The translations under genes and the position numbers were made by a program. The notes below the pieces were generated by a model, which saw only the letters and a list, made by a program, of their open reading frames with translations, was not told where the DNA came from and ran no database searches. Shown here in pieces: positions 27,726 through 42,697 of a DNA stretch of 64,000 nucleotides. The DNA comes from Octopus vulgaris. Taxonomy: Eukaryota. Every line of letters begins with the position of its first letter. The stretch's first letter is position 1. The stretch spans positions 56,048,001 through 56,112,000 of the forward strand of contig OX597818.1 in NCBI GenBank assembly GCA_951406725.2. Reading direction: 5' to 3'.

Positions 27726-27950
27726 TTAGTTAGTTAGTTAATTTTTGGGCTCAAAAAGCAAAAAGCAAGGCCATGTAGGGGGACATGGAGTTAAGTACAG
27801 GGTGGTGTTCAGGTAAAGAGTTCAGGCCACTTGAGGTCAAGGGAGACTTTGAACAAAGCGGTCGTCGGCATCTTCACCATCTCGTCCGGCAGCTTGTTCC
27901 ACGGATCCGCAACCCGGACGGAGAAAGCCCCTCTCCTTCGATTGAGATGT
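27726..27950 (-). mobile_element. CR1-clade LINE 3' end
   Basis: Minus strand HLNRRRGAFSVRVADPWNKLPDEMV...FKVSLD; (TAAC)n tail. Confidence 0.8.
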
Positions 27951-27954
27951 TGTG

Positions 27955-28366
27955 AACGCTAGCCTTCATGCTCAACAACTGCAGTGAATATATAATGCTT
28001 TGAAAGCCCAGTACCCGGCATTTTTCATTTTTCCAATTCAAGTCGCGCACTCCAATAGCAAGTCAATACCCCAGTACATACTGCCAAAGTGACCAAAGCA
28101 AACCTGAGGGGCTGGAAGTGCTGCCTCTCCCTGACTACAGTCCGGACCTCGCAGCATCAGATTACCACCTTCTCCGAGTCAGGGCTCATTTCCTGTATGA
28201 ATGGAGGTTCAACAATGTGTATGAGGTTGAAAACTATTGCAGGTATGTGTTTTTTTTCAACAGAAAATAGAATATGACAGGACATGTTTTGATGAATAAA
28301 CGCATTTTGTATGTAATCTGTATAAATAAGTTTGAAATCCGAAAAACGTTGTGACTCAACCTGGTG
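27955..28366 (+). mobile_element. mariner transposase 3' relic
   Basis: HTAKVTK, LPDYSPDLAASDYHLL motif, putative terminal repeat ending near a TA at 28367. Confidence 0.8.
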
Positions 28367-28460
28367 TATATATATATATATATATATATGTATATGTTTG
28401 TGTGTGTGTGTGTATGTGTGTGTATGTGTGTGTGTATGTACGTATATATATATATGTGTG

Positions 28461-28536
<76 letters not shown>

Positions 28537-28647
28537 AATGTATGTATACATGTATGTATACATGTATGTATGTCCGTCTAAAAATCGGAATGCAACGTTT
28601 TAAATAAATAAAACGCATGATATTCTGCAGATATATATATATATGCA

Positions 28648-28695
<48 letters not shown>

Positions 28696-28779
28696 TATAT
28701 ATATAGATATAGATATATACAAACATATACACATATATATATACATATACATACATATGTATGTTTACATATATATATA

Positions 28780-28830
<51 letters not shown>

Positions 28831-29523
28831 TGTACAAACACTTTTACTATGTTTACACTCTTTTATATGTTTATATATATAATTTTTTTTTCTTACTAAT
28901 ATACTTAATATTTTATACTTCCACCATTTAAACCATTTAAGGAAGTCCTGCTTCATCAGCAAATAACACGTGACAGCTTAGTTAACCTCCAATTTTTTTA
29001 TTTTCTTTTTTCTGTATAACATTATTATATTGCAATACATGGTCATATGCATTATTTATTAATTTATTTTACTTTAAATTCCTGAAACAATATCTTCCTT
29101 TCTGCAACCAATTTCTATAGAAATCTCAATACACAACATTGCTCCATTTCTGTTATGCTACACGGTCGTCTTACTATCGTACATCTGGGCAGATCAGGCC
29201 CTCTCAGGGTTGCTATGTGGGTGGTATGTAACATATGTCGCAAATTTCCTTCTTGTCATTTCTGTCTATTTAAAGCAATTACTTTCTTCTTCTTCTTCTT
29301 CTTGAATTCACGCCATTATTCCAGTCAGTCTCATATCAATCGCAACGGCCGTCCTCATTCTTGGAGGTTTATGCACAGTGCTTCCCTTAAATCAAGGTCA
29401 CCGCCGAGAGGACTTGATGTGCCAAAGCATTCAAAATTGTGGGTGCAAGAAATAGATATGACTAGCGATTTATACACATACGCACACATACATACACATA
29501 TACACATATGCATACACATACAC

Positions 29524-29631
<108 letters not shown>

Positions 29632-29769
29632 GTAAGAGAAGAGTGGTAAGATACAGGATTCTAATTCCATTCGTTTACAGCTGTTTCATAAACTTGCTAG
29701 TTGCATAATAGACGTTACACCATGACGTTGACTGGATGTTTGATTTTATTACTCACAGTACATGTTTTG

Positions 29770-30410
29770 GGGACACGCAAGCCAACGGTTGTTTTGTGTG
29801 TTTACCATCTGATTCTGGCAGAAATTTTTCTCATCTGTGAAAAACCAAGGTTTGTTCGGTTGGAGGGGATGATTGAGTTTCTTCAAAGCTTCGTAGCGCG
29901 GTCTTTCCTCTTGTCCTTGATGGCTTGGGATAAAAATTGGCCCTTTCTCATCTTGTATGAGAAATATGAAATGTCTTCATGCACAACCTGCCTGATATGA
30001 AACTCAGACACTCTCATGTCCCTGGTGATGGACCTGAGTGACTTGGAGGGATCTCACCAACAAATTTAGGAGTTCGTTTCTTTCAGGACGATCAGAGAAA
30101 GTTTTCCAAGAGGCCGTACCTTCGTAATCACCATTAGAATCATCCAACTTTTTCCGAATCCTCTGCACTGTGCACAGACTGACACCCAAACCCTCTGAAA
30201 TGTTCGTATTGGAGCTTCCGGTGTGAAAGCCAAGCAGTACAGCATGTTGTTTCCAAATTACTGGCAGAGTAAATTGCGTCGTGGTGCTGTTTTTCTCACA
30301 GACGGTGTCCAACTGACCCTACTATTCTGTGTAGTCGACAAAATTAAAAACAGTGAGCATGCGTGAAATAAAAATATAAAATGGCAACAATTCCTCCATC
30401 ACACGCTGTG
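29770..30410 (-). mobile_element. Tc1/mariner superfamily (maT/DD37D-like) 5' relic
   Basis: Minus strand HTH-like LGVSLCTVQRIRKKL, IRQVVHEDISYFSYKMRKGQFLS, WFFTDEKNFCQNQMVNTQNNRW; frameshifted. Confidence 0.7.
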
Positions 30411-30485
30411 TGTGTGTATTTATATATATGTATATATATTTATATATATACACAATATATATATATATATACAAAAACAAAATAT

Positions 30486-30519
<34 letters not shown>

Positions 30520-31729
30520 GGCGCGTTTCTTTCAGTTTCCGTCAACTATATCTACTCACAAACCTTTGATCGACCCGAGGCTGTAACAGTAGCCACTCAT
30601 CCAAGGAAATGAAGGTGGAACTATAATCATGTAGTTGGGAACCAAATTTCTTACCACACAGCCACGCCTATATCTGTTTCCGATATTTACATTAAAACTG
30701 ATTATATATATATATATAATATAAATAATAAATAAATATATGCATATATACGTACATATATGTACATACCTAAACGAGGTTCTGGTGGCGAACGCGTAAA
30801 TCAAGCTTGGACAGGAGACAGACAAGAACACGTCTTTCTTGTTCCAGCTACAACGGAGAGAAAGAAAGAAAAGCTTTTTTGGAGAAGGAAGTAAAATGGC
30901 CGATGGTCACGTTGGAGCCACGTGAGCAAGGGAGGAGGAGTGAGGGAGAGAGAGTGACAGAGTAATAGGCTAGAATAGTGGGAGAAGAGGTGGTAAAAAA
31001 ACAAAAGAGAGAGAAAGAGAGAAAAACGAAAGAATAAAAAGATTGTATAGTGTGCGCATCAGAATTACTAAATCTGACGGTTCGGCAGGGGAGACCGATA
31101 GAATATGTACTAGACTTACAAAGCATAAGTCCTGTTGCGGAGTGTGGGGGGGGGGCGTCGACTGGTTCTACTAAAAGGTGGTGCTCCAGTATGGCCGCAG
31201 TCAAATGACTGAAACATATATAAGAAAAGAATAAGAATATATATTTATGCATATGTGTATGTATATACATATATATATACATGTATATACGCGTGTGTAT
31301 GTGTGTGTGCACGAGAAAAGGTAGAGTGTGTGTGAATGATTATATTGCCATATATGCATATGTGTATGTGTACATAAGAGTGTATGCGTATATACATGCA
31401 CACATGTGTTTGCGTGTCTGAGTGCGTATATATACACACACACATACACCAGTTTTGATGATAATTTATCATGTAATTAGGTATATATCTGTATTCATAT
31501 GTACTACTTGTGTGTAGGGGGATTCATGTATGTTTGTGTGTGTGAGTGCACTGCATATGTATATACATAAGTGTATAAATAAATGTATGAATATATACAT
31601 ATATATTTACATATATATATATATAAATCCAAATATACATATATATGTTCCTTCTTTCCTGAGCGTCCAATAATACTATATTTGTTCCACGTCCTCGTTC
31701 GTGTGTTTTTTGTGCTTTCTTGTTTGGAT

Positions 31730-31788
<59 letters not shown>

Positions 31789-31815
31789 AAATATACATAT
31801 ATATGTGTATATATG

Positions 31816-31862
<47 letters not shown>

Positions 31863-31873
31863 CTATAATTATT

Positions 31874-31925
<52 letters not shown>

Positions 31926-32023
31926 CCCTTTGGCACACTAAAAATGCATATGCCAGCCAAAATGGCTGAAACCAACAGAAAGAAAAGGAGTTCAAACGGA
32001 AACTTTCCGAAATATTCTAATAC

Positions 32024-32073
<50 letters not shown>

Positions 32074-32085
32074 GGCATACAGGTT

Positions 32086-32144
<59 letters not shown>

Positions 32145-32154
32145 TGTATATGTA

Positions 32155-32204
<50 letters not shown>

Positions 32205-32214
32205 TGTATATGTA

Positions 32215-32262
<48 letters not shown>

Positions 32263-32272
32263 TGTATATGTA

Positions 32273-32333
<61 letters not shown>

Positions 32334-32953
32334 TTACACAGCGACACTCGTCTACATGTCTAGGTTTATGAAAACCCCTAAAAGGCGGGGGTGGCCTAGG
32401 ATGGAGTAGGAGGGGGGAAAAAAAAAACTAAAAACTAAAGGCGCAGCAGAACGAAAGTGTGGGGTGGGTGGGTGGGTGGAAAAAAACAAGACTTGTAAGC
32501 AAGGTAACATGAGAAGTGTTGGAGAAAATTAAGAGGTGCTTACACTACGGATCCTGAAAACTGCAAAATAACAGGAAATTGCCAACCGTATACCTACGTT
32601 GAAATATGTATTAAAGAGTACAAACGACAGAACATTTGGCTGATATCTTTAGTCTTTACAATACAGAACTGCTATAAGTTTTTCCGTGCTTATGTTTGGG
32701 TTTTTTTGGGGGGGGTTTTTTTGCTGTGTTCTTGATGTGTGTGTACTTTGTTTTTGTTGTTACAGTTGTTGTTCTTGTTGTTGTTGCTGTGTTTTTTTTT
32801 CTTTGTTTTTTGTTATCTTTACCATTAAGTATCGTATGCTATACGCGTTGACGGTGAGCCCTTTTCGTATTTTCATTCTTATCGTTTACTTACCAAGGGT
32901 GCACTGTAAACGTGTGTGCATGTATGTGAGTGTTTGTTTCAGTGCATGTATGT

Positions 32954-32997
<44 letters not shown>

Positions 32998-33250
32998 ACT
33001 TCTGTGTTTGTTTGTTTGTTTGTTTGTTTATTTTGTGTGTGTGTGTGTGTGTGTGTTTCTAGAAACGACGGGAACTTGGCAAACGAAAACTGGATCGCGC
33101 TGATATGCATGTTTATATGCATGTCAATGCACACGCATGTGTATGCGTGTGTATGTCTGTATATTTGTGTGTATGATCGTGCATGTATGCGTAATTGTAT
33201 TTGTGTGTGTATGTGTATATATGTGTGTGTTAGTGAATTTGCGTGTGTGA

Positions 33251-33343
<93 letters not shown>

Positions 33344-33664
33344 TTTTGATGGTTCGCCATTAATTAAGAGATTTTTTTATGCACATCATACCAGGAATCA
33401 AAACTTAAATAAATTTAAATAATAGGAATCCTAGCTGTTAAAGGAAATATAACAATGCAAATACAATATATTTTATCTATGCTTCTCATTTACAAGGGAA
33501 AAGAAAGGAGGAATCTCCTGACGGACTGTTTTTCAATTTGTTTAACACTCCTCAGAGAAAACGTACCCAATATTGTTCCCTAACCAATAGCATAGATTAC
33601 TCGCTTCTATATGGATCAATTGAAAATTAAGCTATTATTGTAGCATGTATACATATATATATAT

Positions 33665-33705
<41 letters not shown>

Positions 33706-33714
33706 TATATTAGA

Positions 33715-33848
33715 GCAGGGTTTGCCACCACCCCCTGCCGGAGCCTCGTGGAGCTTTATGTGTTTTCGCTCAATAAACACTCACAATGCTCAGTCTGGGA
33801 ATCGAAACCACGAGTCTGCTGCCCTAACCACTGGTCCATTGCACCTAC
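33715..33848 (-). mobile_element. SINE family C head fragment
   Basis: Matches 4005-4145. Confidence 0.8.
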
Positions 33849-33856
33849 ACACACAA

Positions 33857-33900
<44 letters not shown>

Positions 33901-33902
33901 CC

Positions 33903-34372
33903 ATGGAGCGTAGGCGGGAAAGATATGCCATAATATACATCTGGAAGATCCTGGAGGGAAGTGTCCTGAACTTTGGCATCGAGAGTTACGCAAATGCCAG
34001 AACTGGGCGCCACTGCGTGGTGCCTAGGACTCCAAACCTGCCATCAAGATGTAGGACAAGATACTGTGATAGCCTGGGCTTCCGAGGCCCACAGCTCTTC
34101 AATATCCTCCCGAAGAACCTGAGAGACCTGCATGGGGTGGATACAGATGTCTTTAAAATGAAGCTGGATCTCTTCCTGTCAGGTGTCCCAGATGAACCAA
34201 CTTCACGGCAGGAGGGGCAGATGAGGGCAGCTGCATCGAACTCTCTCATGCACCAAATAGCAGCTGCTAGAAAGCCTCCATGAAGTGAAACCAAGTAGCA
34301 ACACAAAATGGCGGTGCCCCAGCATGGCCACAGCTCATAAGCTGAAACTAGAATCAATCAATCAATCAATCA
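33903..34372 (+). mobile_element. CR1-clade LINE 3' fragment with TSD
   Basis: ERRRERYAIIYIWKILEG...GPQLFNILP...FKMKLDLFLSGVPDEP; (AATC)n tail; TSD ATATCGCCAT. Confidence 0.85.
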
Positions 34373-34479
34373 ATATCGCCATATATATATATATATCGCC
34401 AGATCGCCATGTTGATTCGTTAGTTACTGCACGCATTTTTTTTCTCTCCTTCTTTCTGTGTTTTTTTTCTCTCTGTGTA

Positions 34480-34517
34480 TCTTTCTGTTGAAGAGCGTAG
34501 GCTCGAAACGTTAAAGA
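34480..34517 (+). ncRNA. Minimal hammerhead motif (variant core CTGTTGA) in a TA-flanked element (~34400-34617)
   Basis: TCTTT-CTGTTGA-A-GAGC GTAG GCTC-GAAA-CGT-T-AAAGA: stem I TCTTT/AAAGA, stem II GAGC/GCTC, palindromic ACGT. Confidence 0.6.
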
Positions 34518-34614
34518 CTTGTTTTATTTATATTTCCTGAGCGCCATACTAATACAATTGTTTGTTTGTTTTCCACCTGCCTTCGTCTTTTGTCTATTTT
34601 CATAAAGCTTCCCG

Positions 34615-34654
<40 letters not shown>

Positions 34655-35478
34655 GCACACATATGTTCATATATATATACACGCAGTAACACTCACACAC
34701 ACGTATATAGTTAATATGAAATAAGATAAAATAAAGTCTATTAAATCAGAAAATTGACGTTATTACATTTACGAACCTTTTCGCTTAGCGTTTGTGAATG
34801 CTTCCTGATTAAACGCTAATAGTATTACCAATTTACTATTCTCTACTACATTACCCCTATACATATACGTAAGCAAGCGCATAATTCATAACTTTGTGCT
34901 CAAGAAATCTGCTTCACAAGTACGTTTTCCAAGGTTATAATCCACCCGGCACAATGCGATGTAGTAAATTTCTTTTACTCTAACAAAGACCTTAGACTGA
35001 AATTTACCATTGATGTGTACGGATGCATAATGTTTTGCTTTTTTTTTTTCTACTTACTATTCAGTTATAGTTTTTTATATAATATTCTCTGAATTAAGTG
35101 GATGTATTATTTGCGAAGATAAATTGCAGCTACTTCACGTTAGCATAACCGAATTTATATAAATAGAAACATACTATATAATACAATGCTGTTTTGTTCT
35201 AATAGAGTCGTGGGGAAACTACGCACTGTGGGACATTTTGGGTGGCATGCCCAGCGAAAAACTTGCCTTGAATTTTTTTATTTGTGCGTTCGATGGTGAG
35301 CCATGTCTCATGCGGCCTGCTCCTCGAAAGTGGTTATCCATGCCTGTTTTAATGTGATAAAAATTCAAAATAATAGAAATTTAAACGTAAAGTATGAACG
35401 AGAGCAACCAGCGTCCACACTTTGATGGAATGACATCATCAGTTTTTAAGTTACAGTTTTATAACAGGTGAAAAGAAA

Positions 35479-35564
<86 letters not shown>

Positions 35565-35565
<1 letters not shown>

Positions 35566-36075
35566 TGTTTGACTTTTGTTTTGTATTTGTACAAGTTGGC
35601 TCCAAGTCTCACCCAGAGACCTCAAGAGGCAACAAAGCAGAAGTTCATGTTGGTGTTATTCCTAGGGTGTCGTATATTTGGTTTTGTATATAGTATTGTT
35701 CTGGAGAATGTTTAAGAAAGCATAAGAAAATTATAAGTTCGTTTTAAAATTTGAGATTACATAGAAAGTATTTTGCGTGGGATGTGGGCAGTTCCCATGA
35801 GTACTGTCTTTTGAATTTCTGCCATTTGGGGTTTTCCTGGTATCTGAGCTAAGTAGGAATCAGCCCCTTTTGCTATCATTCCTAGGGCACCTATGACAAC
35901 AGGTATTGTTTTAGTTTTGAGGTTCCACATTTGGCCAATTTCTATTTCAAAATCCTTACACTTTCTCAGTTTTTGGTAGATCTTGACAGATAGATCTATG
36001 TCGATTGGGACAGTCATATCAATGAGGAGGCATGGTTTTTGTCTGAAGTCTTTCACTATAATGTCTTTTTTGTCT
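35565..36075 (-). mobile_element. R4/Dong-like LINE 3' fragment
   Basis: CLLIDMTVPID...EIEIGQMWNLKTKTIPVVIGALG; 3' end abuts (TAA)n. Confidence 0.85.
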
Positions 36076-36285
36076 GAAATCTTTCAATGCAATGTCTTGT
36101 TGAAGCCTTACCACATAAATTCCGTTGTGGTCGATTTTGCCTTTCATCTTTCTGGGGTCGATTAAATAAGTACCAGTTACGCACTGGGGTCCATGTAATC
36201 GACTTAATCCCCTCCCCCAAGCTGCCTTTGAAGAAAAAATTTGAAATCATCATCATCATCATCATCATTATTATTATTATTATTA

Positions 36286-36332
<47 letters not shown>

Positions 36333-36334
36333 GT

Positions 36335-36517
36335 TAGGAATGGCTGTGTGGTAAGTAGCTTGCTTATGAACCACATGGTTCCGGGTTCAGTTCCACTGCG
36401 TGGCACCTAGGGCAAGTGTCTTCTACAATAACCTCGGGCCGACCAATGCCTTGTGAGTGGATTTGGTAGACGGAAACTGAAAGAAGCCCGTCGCATATAT
36501 GTGTGTATATATAAATA

Positions 36518-36553
<36 letters not shown>

Positions 36554-36782
36554 TGTATGTGTGTATATGGTTGTGTGTCTGTGTTTGTCCCCCCAACATC
36601 ACTTGACAACCGATGCTTGTATGTTTACGTCCCCGTAACTTAGAGGTTCGGCAAAAGAGACCGATAGAATAAGTACTAAGCTTACAAAGAATAAGTCCCG
36701 GGATCGATTTGCTCGACTAAAGGCAGTGCTCCAGCATGGTCACAGTCAAATGACTGAAACAAGTAAAAGAATAAATAGTAAA
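36335..36782 (+). mobile_element. SINE family A
   Basis: Full match, embedded in (TTA)n. Confidence 0.9.
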
Positions 36783-36783
36783 G

Positions 36784-36844
<61 letters not shown>

Positions 36845-36846
<2 letters not shown>

Positions 36847-37277
36847 TAGTTTTATTTTTATAGCGTGCTTTCACTTCAATACCGAGCGCAGCTCTGTGTG
36901 CCTTGGGTATGTGCTGTGATTTGTTGTGCTGCTCTGATGGTTATTGTATGGAAAGTGTTCTGCGTAGGATGTGTGCAGTGCCTAGTAGTGCAATTTTCTG
37001 TGTGTTATATGTGTTTGTAAGTCCTGGTGTTTTTGTTATGTATTTGTCTGAATATTTTTTTATCATGCCTAATGCACCTACTATGATAGGAATTGTTTCT
37101 GTTTTCAGATTCCACATTCTAGTTACCTCTATTTCCAGGTCTTTGTATTTTGAGAGTTTCTCCATTTCTTTTAGAGACACGTTGTCATCTGCCGGTATTG
37201 ATACATCAATTAGAAAGCATTTTTTTTCTTCATGATCTCTGACAACTATATCTGGTATGTTGGCCTTAATTTCTCTA
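36845..37277 (-). mobile_element. R4/Dong-like LINE 3' fragment inserted in (TAA)n
   Basis: Uninterrupted REIKANIPDIVVRD...CFLIDVSIPADDNVSLKEMEKLSKYKDL...IPIIVGALG; TAA repeats on both sides. Confidence 0.9.
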
Positions 37278-37477
37278 TTATTATTATTATTATTATTATT
37301 ATTACTTTTTTTTTCTTCTTTCAAATTTGCGTCCATTTCTTGCCGAGTGTCTTCCCGACTCCTAGGGCAAAGAAACTCATAGTATACATTGGTAGGCCAT
37401 TAAACCAAACTCAATAGTTCGTTCATTTTTTTTTTTTTTAAGTTAAATTAAAATTACATGAGCAGCAACAGTTCTCT

Positions 37478-38502
<1,025 letters not shown>

Positions 38503-38936
38503 CATGCTGTAACTGAATTCCAAAGATAATTAATAAAGCATCATGAGACAGTGTGCTTTTAACTGGCACTTCGGGATATTCAATAAAGAATTCTATAAAG
38601 CTTCCAGTAAACGCATGCAGGGATGGAAATGTTACAAGGCATAGCGTGTAGATATATTTTGTTTCCCGCTGGTATGCAGAGAATGGAAACTATAAATATA
38701 TAGATGTATGAAACATGAAGGATTTAAAAATTATTGAAGGCGGCAGGGAAATATGAAGAAAAGAAAATAAAGGGGAAGAGGGGGAGACAAACGTGGAAAG
38801 GTAATCAATGTAGATAAAAGTGTAAATATAAACGATGATAAAAGTATATGAAAATGGTTGTGAATATATAACAAGGATAAAGAGAATTCAGGAATGTTGC
38901 TGCGTTCCAATACAGGTTTAATGGTTCGGTAATGTC

Positions 38937-39002
<66 letters not shown>

Positions 39003-39199
39003 GCGTAATAACACGTTTATCCAGACATATATATGTATAAGTACACACATAGATTCCAACATATTTTAATTAAATAAATCATCGCTTGCATATATAGAGT
39101 AGAATGATATCAGAAAAGGAGAGAGTGATCTCGGTTATATAAAAAGCTAAATTGTCTGATATTAGTCGTAAATGAATGTTAAGTGTAACGTTCATTCTG

Positions 39200-40000
39200 G
39201 TATTCGTAATATATTCCAGTTTTTTTTTTCAGTAGATGCTTATGGAAGTGGCGGTGTTTTTCAAATACCTCAGAGCTCACATTCAGATAGCAGAAATGTA
39301 AATGCTTTTTATGTATGGGATTATTCTCAATTGCGCATAAAATGTATCTTATACGGTCTACATCCGTCAACGATCTTCCACATCATACAGTAGCATATTT
39401 TTTTAATGTCAGATGTAATTAGATAAATTTATTAAATTGGTATTTTCTATATGTCTAGAAAGAGTACCATTGATAAAATTTATTAACTATTATCAGTGTT
39501 TTAGTTATACATGAGGACTTAGTTTGGTGGAGGTGATAACCACTTCGTAATATGATCACTTCAACATTATGTGCCTGATTAAGTGGACATGCATTGGTAT
39601 TTCTGTAAGTGCATTTCGATTTAATTAATATAGACGCTTTGTGAATTATCAAGTTATTAAAATTGTACAACTATCGATAGATTTAAGCCTGTTACAACTA
39701 AATAATTTTTGAGACTATGTTTAATAGGGAAAAGCAAGAAATTCAAAGCAATGAGATTAATGATTAAAGAAGAAAAATGATGCGGACCAAAAGATATTAT
39801 GATCTCTCTTAGTTTTTGAAGTTTGAAGATGCTAATAATCATCTCTGAACCCATCAGATTCTTGTGTTTTTTTATAGAAAATAGCCACATCAAAGATACA
39901 GTGTCTGTTGTTAAGTTAGATATTCTGTTACCAATGATTTCGGCTTGTTTTTAAAAAATCCTGCTTGGGTTACAAGGATTATATTGTTTTATGCACTGTT
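39200..40000 (-). pseudogene. Highly decayed Penelope-like (GIY-YIG region) ORF relic
   Basis: Minus-strand fragments REIIISFGP, KCTYRNTNACPLNQAHNVEVII and MWKIVDGCRPY are in the order expected for the PLE IIWFNPP, CxCR-CPL-VIY and WxI-PY motifs. Confidence 0.45.
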
Positions 40001-40252
40001 TTAGTTCTACAAAAAGTGTGTATACGCTTCTAATTAAATTGCGAGAAACATCTGAGAAACTGAATATGCTTAAGATAGTGATAATAGTTATTTTTAGGTT
40101 ATTTTCTAAATCTGCCTAAATTATATCCATTGATACATTGAAATATAACGAAGCCATCATCTCTGTACATGCCAAAGTCTATTATTGTGGTAAATCCCTG
40201 TTTTCCTGCATCAATATATGTGTGTGTGTGTGTATTATGTATTTATATATAC

Positions 40253-40306
<54 letters not shown>

Positions 40307-40344
40307 GTATACGTATATATACATATATACATATTAATTTATTT

Positions 40345-40561
40345 ATTTATTGTCCACATGGGGTTAAACATAGACGAGACAAACAAGGATAGACAAAAGG
40401 ATTAAGTCGATTACTTCGACCCCAGAGCGTAACAGGTACTTATTTAATCAACCCCGAAATTATGAAAGGCAAAATCGACCTCGGCGGAATTTGAACTCGG
40501 AACGTAAACACAGACGAAATACCGCTGAGCATTTCGCCCGGCGTGTTAACGTTTCTGCCAG

Positions 40562-40564
<3 letters not shown>
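40345..40564 (-). mobile_element. SINE family B
   Basis: Matches 17917-18148. Confidence 0.85.
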
Positions 40565-40659
<95 letters not shown>

Positions 40660-40767
40660 TTCTTCTGTGTCAGTCCTATGTGTACGTTTATTAGTATTTA
40701 ACGCATTTTATATTCATTAAGTAACTGAACGCCACACATCCCGACTTTTGTTTACTGTAAGTTTATA

Positions 40768-41009
40768 TAGGGTCGCCCAAAAGTAGCTTTACAGTTATTC
40801 AACTATAGCTTTCGCATTCATATATTTACAGTTTAGATCTTAATTATAAAAAAAAATGAAACAATTTTTTTTGTTTCTATGCTAATTTAGTTAATTTTGT
40901 GAAGCTCCCTTTTCAGTTTGTAAGGCAGAAATTTAAATGTAACAAAATCTTTTAAAAGAAATTTAAAGTACCTACGTGATAACTGTAAACCTTCTTTTGG
41001 GCCACTCTG
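40768..41009. mobile_element. Tc1-like MITE
   Basis: Imperfect TIRs TAGGGTCGCCCAAAAGTAGCTTTACAGTTAT / ATAACTGTAAACCTTCTTTTGGGCCACTCTG. Confidence 0.65.
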
Positions 41010-41524
41010 TTTAATGGCATAAGGGATGTGCTTAATGGAAGGTTGGACAGGACCACCCACGCCAACCTCATCAAAAGCACAGTTCTACCTGCAATGTTAT
41101 ATGGTAGTGAAACATGGGCTACAACGAAGAGAGAAGAGCAGAGATTGGTAACGGCTCAAAGAGCCATGGAGAGGTCAATGCTTGGAATCTCGTTGAGAGA
41201 GCACATCAGTAGCGAGGTCATCAGAGAGAAGTCCGGCGTGAGAGATGTCATCGCAGAGTATACACGCAGCAAGTTTAGACGGGCTGGACACGTCGCCCGG
41301 CTCACCGATAATCGGTGGACCCGCGCAGTTGTCGAGTGGTACCCGCGCGAGCAGAAACGACCACTCGGAAGGCCTCCACGACCGCAGAGTTACGATTTCA
41401 GGAGGGCGATTGGGATCACGTGGGTGAGAAAGGCGCGATCCAGAGAGGAGTGAACAGCGTGCTGTGACCAGCGGTGTCAAATGGACGCCCGACGGACTGG
41501 TCGGTCAAGGTGATCAAGGTGATA
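41010..41524 (+). mobile_element. RTE-1-like LINE 3' fragment
   Basis: STVLPAMLYGSETW...AMERSMLG...AGHVAR...KRPLGRPP; (CAAGGTGAT)2 tail. Confidence 0.9.
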
Positions 41525-42051
41525 TACGTACGCATATGTAAGAAATACAAGATCGTGTAACACAGCGTCATGTGATGTTGTACTTAGTTCAAATGAACCT
41601 CTTTTTTCTGTCTGATTTTTTTGACTAAGGTTGCATCCTACGCAAAAACAGATATTTCCTTTGTTGTGTCTGATATTATTTATATATTTCGTTATCAACT
41701 GTATTGCTTTATTTCTTAACGAATGCGAAGACATTGGTGTTGAAAGATTTAAAGACGGAGAAAGAAAATTCTACAATACAAAATGGCGAAGATTTGGAGT
41801 AAATTTCATAATCAATGACTTTAAGTCGAATAATAAATACGTTTATATAGCTATTCCGTTGTCGGCCACCTTTCTAAATATTATTGTCAATATTGCTTGA
41901 AATATTCATGTTAATTAATCCAATGTTTATTTCTTCGGGTTTAATTACTTAGAATTCTGAACATAGTATGCACTAAAGGTAAATCAACATAATATATATA
42001 TATATATATATGAAAAAACAAGTCAAAAATAGAAAATGCTAAACCTCGAGA

Positions 42052-42115
<64 letters not shown>

Positions 42116-42362
42116 ATATATGTGTGTGTGTGTGTGTATATATATATGTATATATTCATTCAGACATACAAAAATGCACCGCGACATGAGCACACTGGCA
42201 CACACTTGCACATGCGCAGTTATATGCATTAACATGCACTCACCCACACACATATAAGCATCTATATAATTACATTATACACACGTTTTCTACTAAGAAA
42301 GTTTTCTTTCCGCTCTCACCGCTCCTCGTTCCTTTCCCATTCTCTTTCTCTCACTTTCTCTT

Positions 42363-42405
<43 letters not shown>

Positions 42406-42501
42406 CTCTTCACTTATTCTTACACACACGCACACACACACACACACTTATGATATACATATACGCGAATATAGTGTACATAGATATATATGTATGAATA
42501 C

Positions 42502-42553
<52 letters not shown>

Positions 42554-42630
42554 TGATAGTTGTCCCTTCACCTGTCTAACTTTGTTTTGTTTTTTGTATA
42601 ATTTTGAATCGTATACCTATGCACACACAC

Positions 42631-42661
<31 letters not shown>

Positions 42662-42697
42662 TGTATGTATGTATGTATGTATGTATGTATATATATC

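Noticed and set aside
33514-33560. Minus-strand CTGAGGA...GAAA...GTC hammerhead-like string
   Set aside because: Stems II and III do not pair convincingly; too degenerate to call.
35203-35346. hAT-like MITE
   Set aside because: Terminal repeats too degenerate and no 8-bp TSD found.
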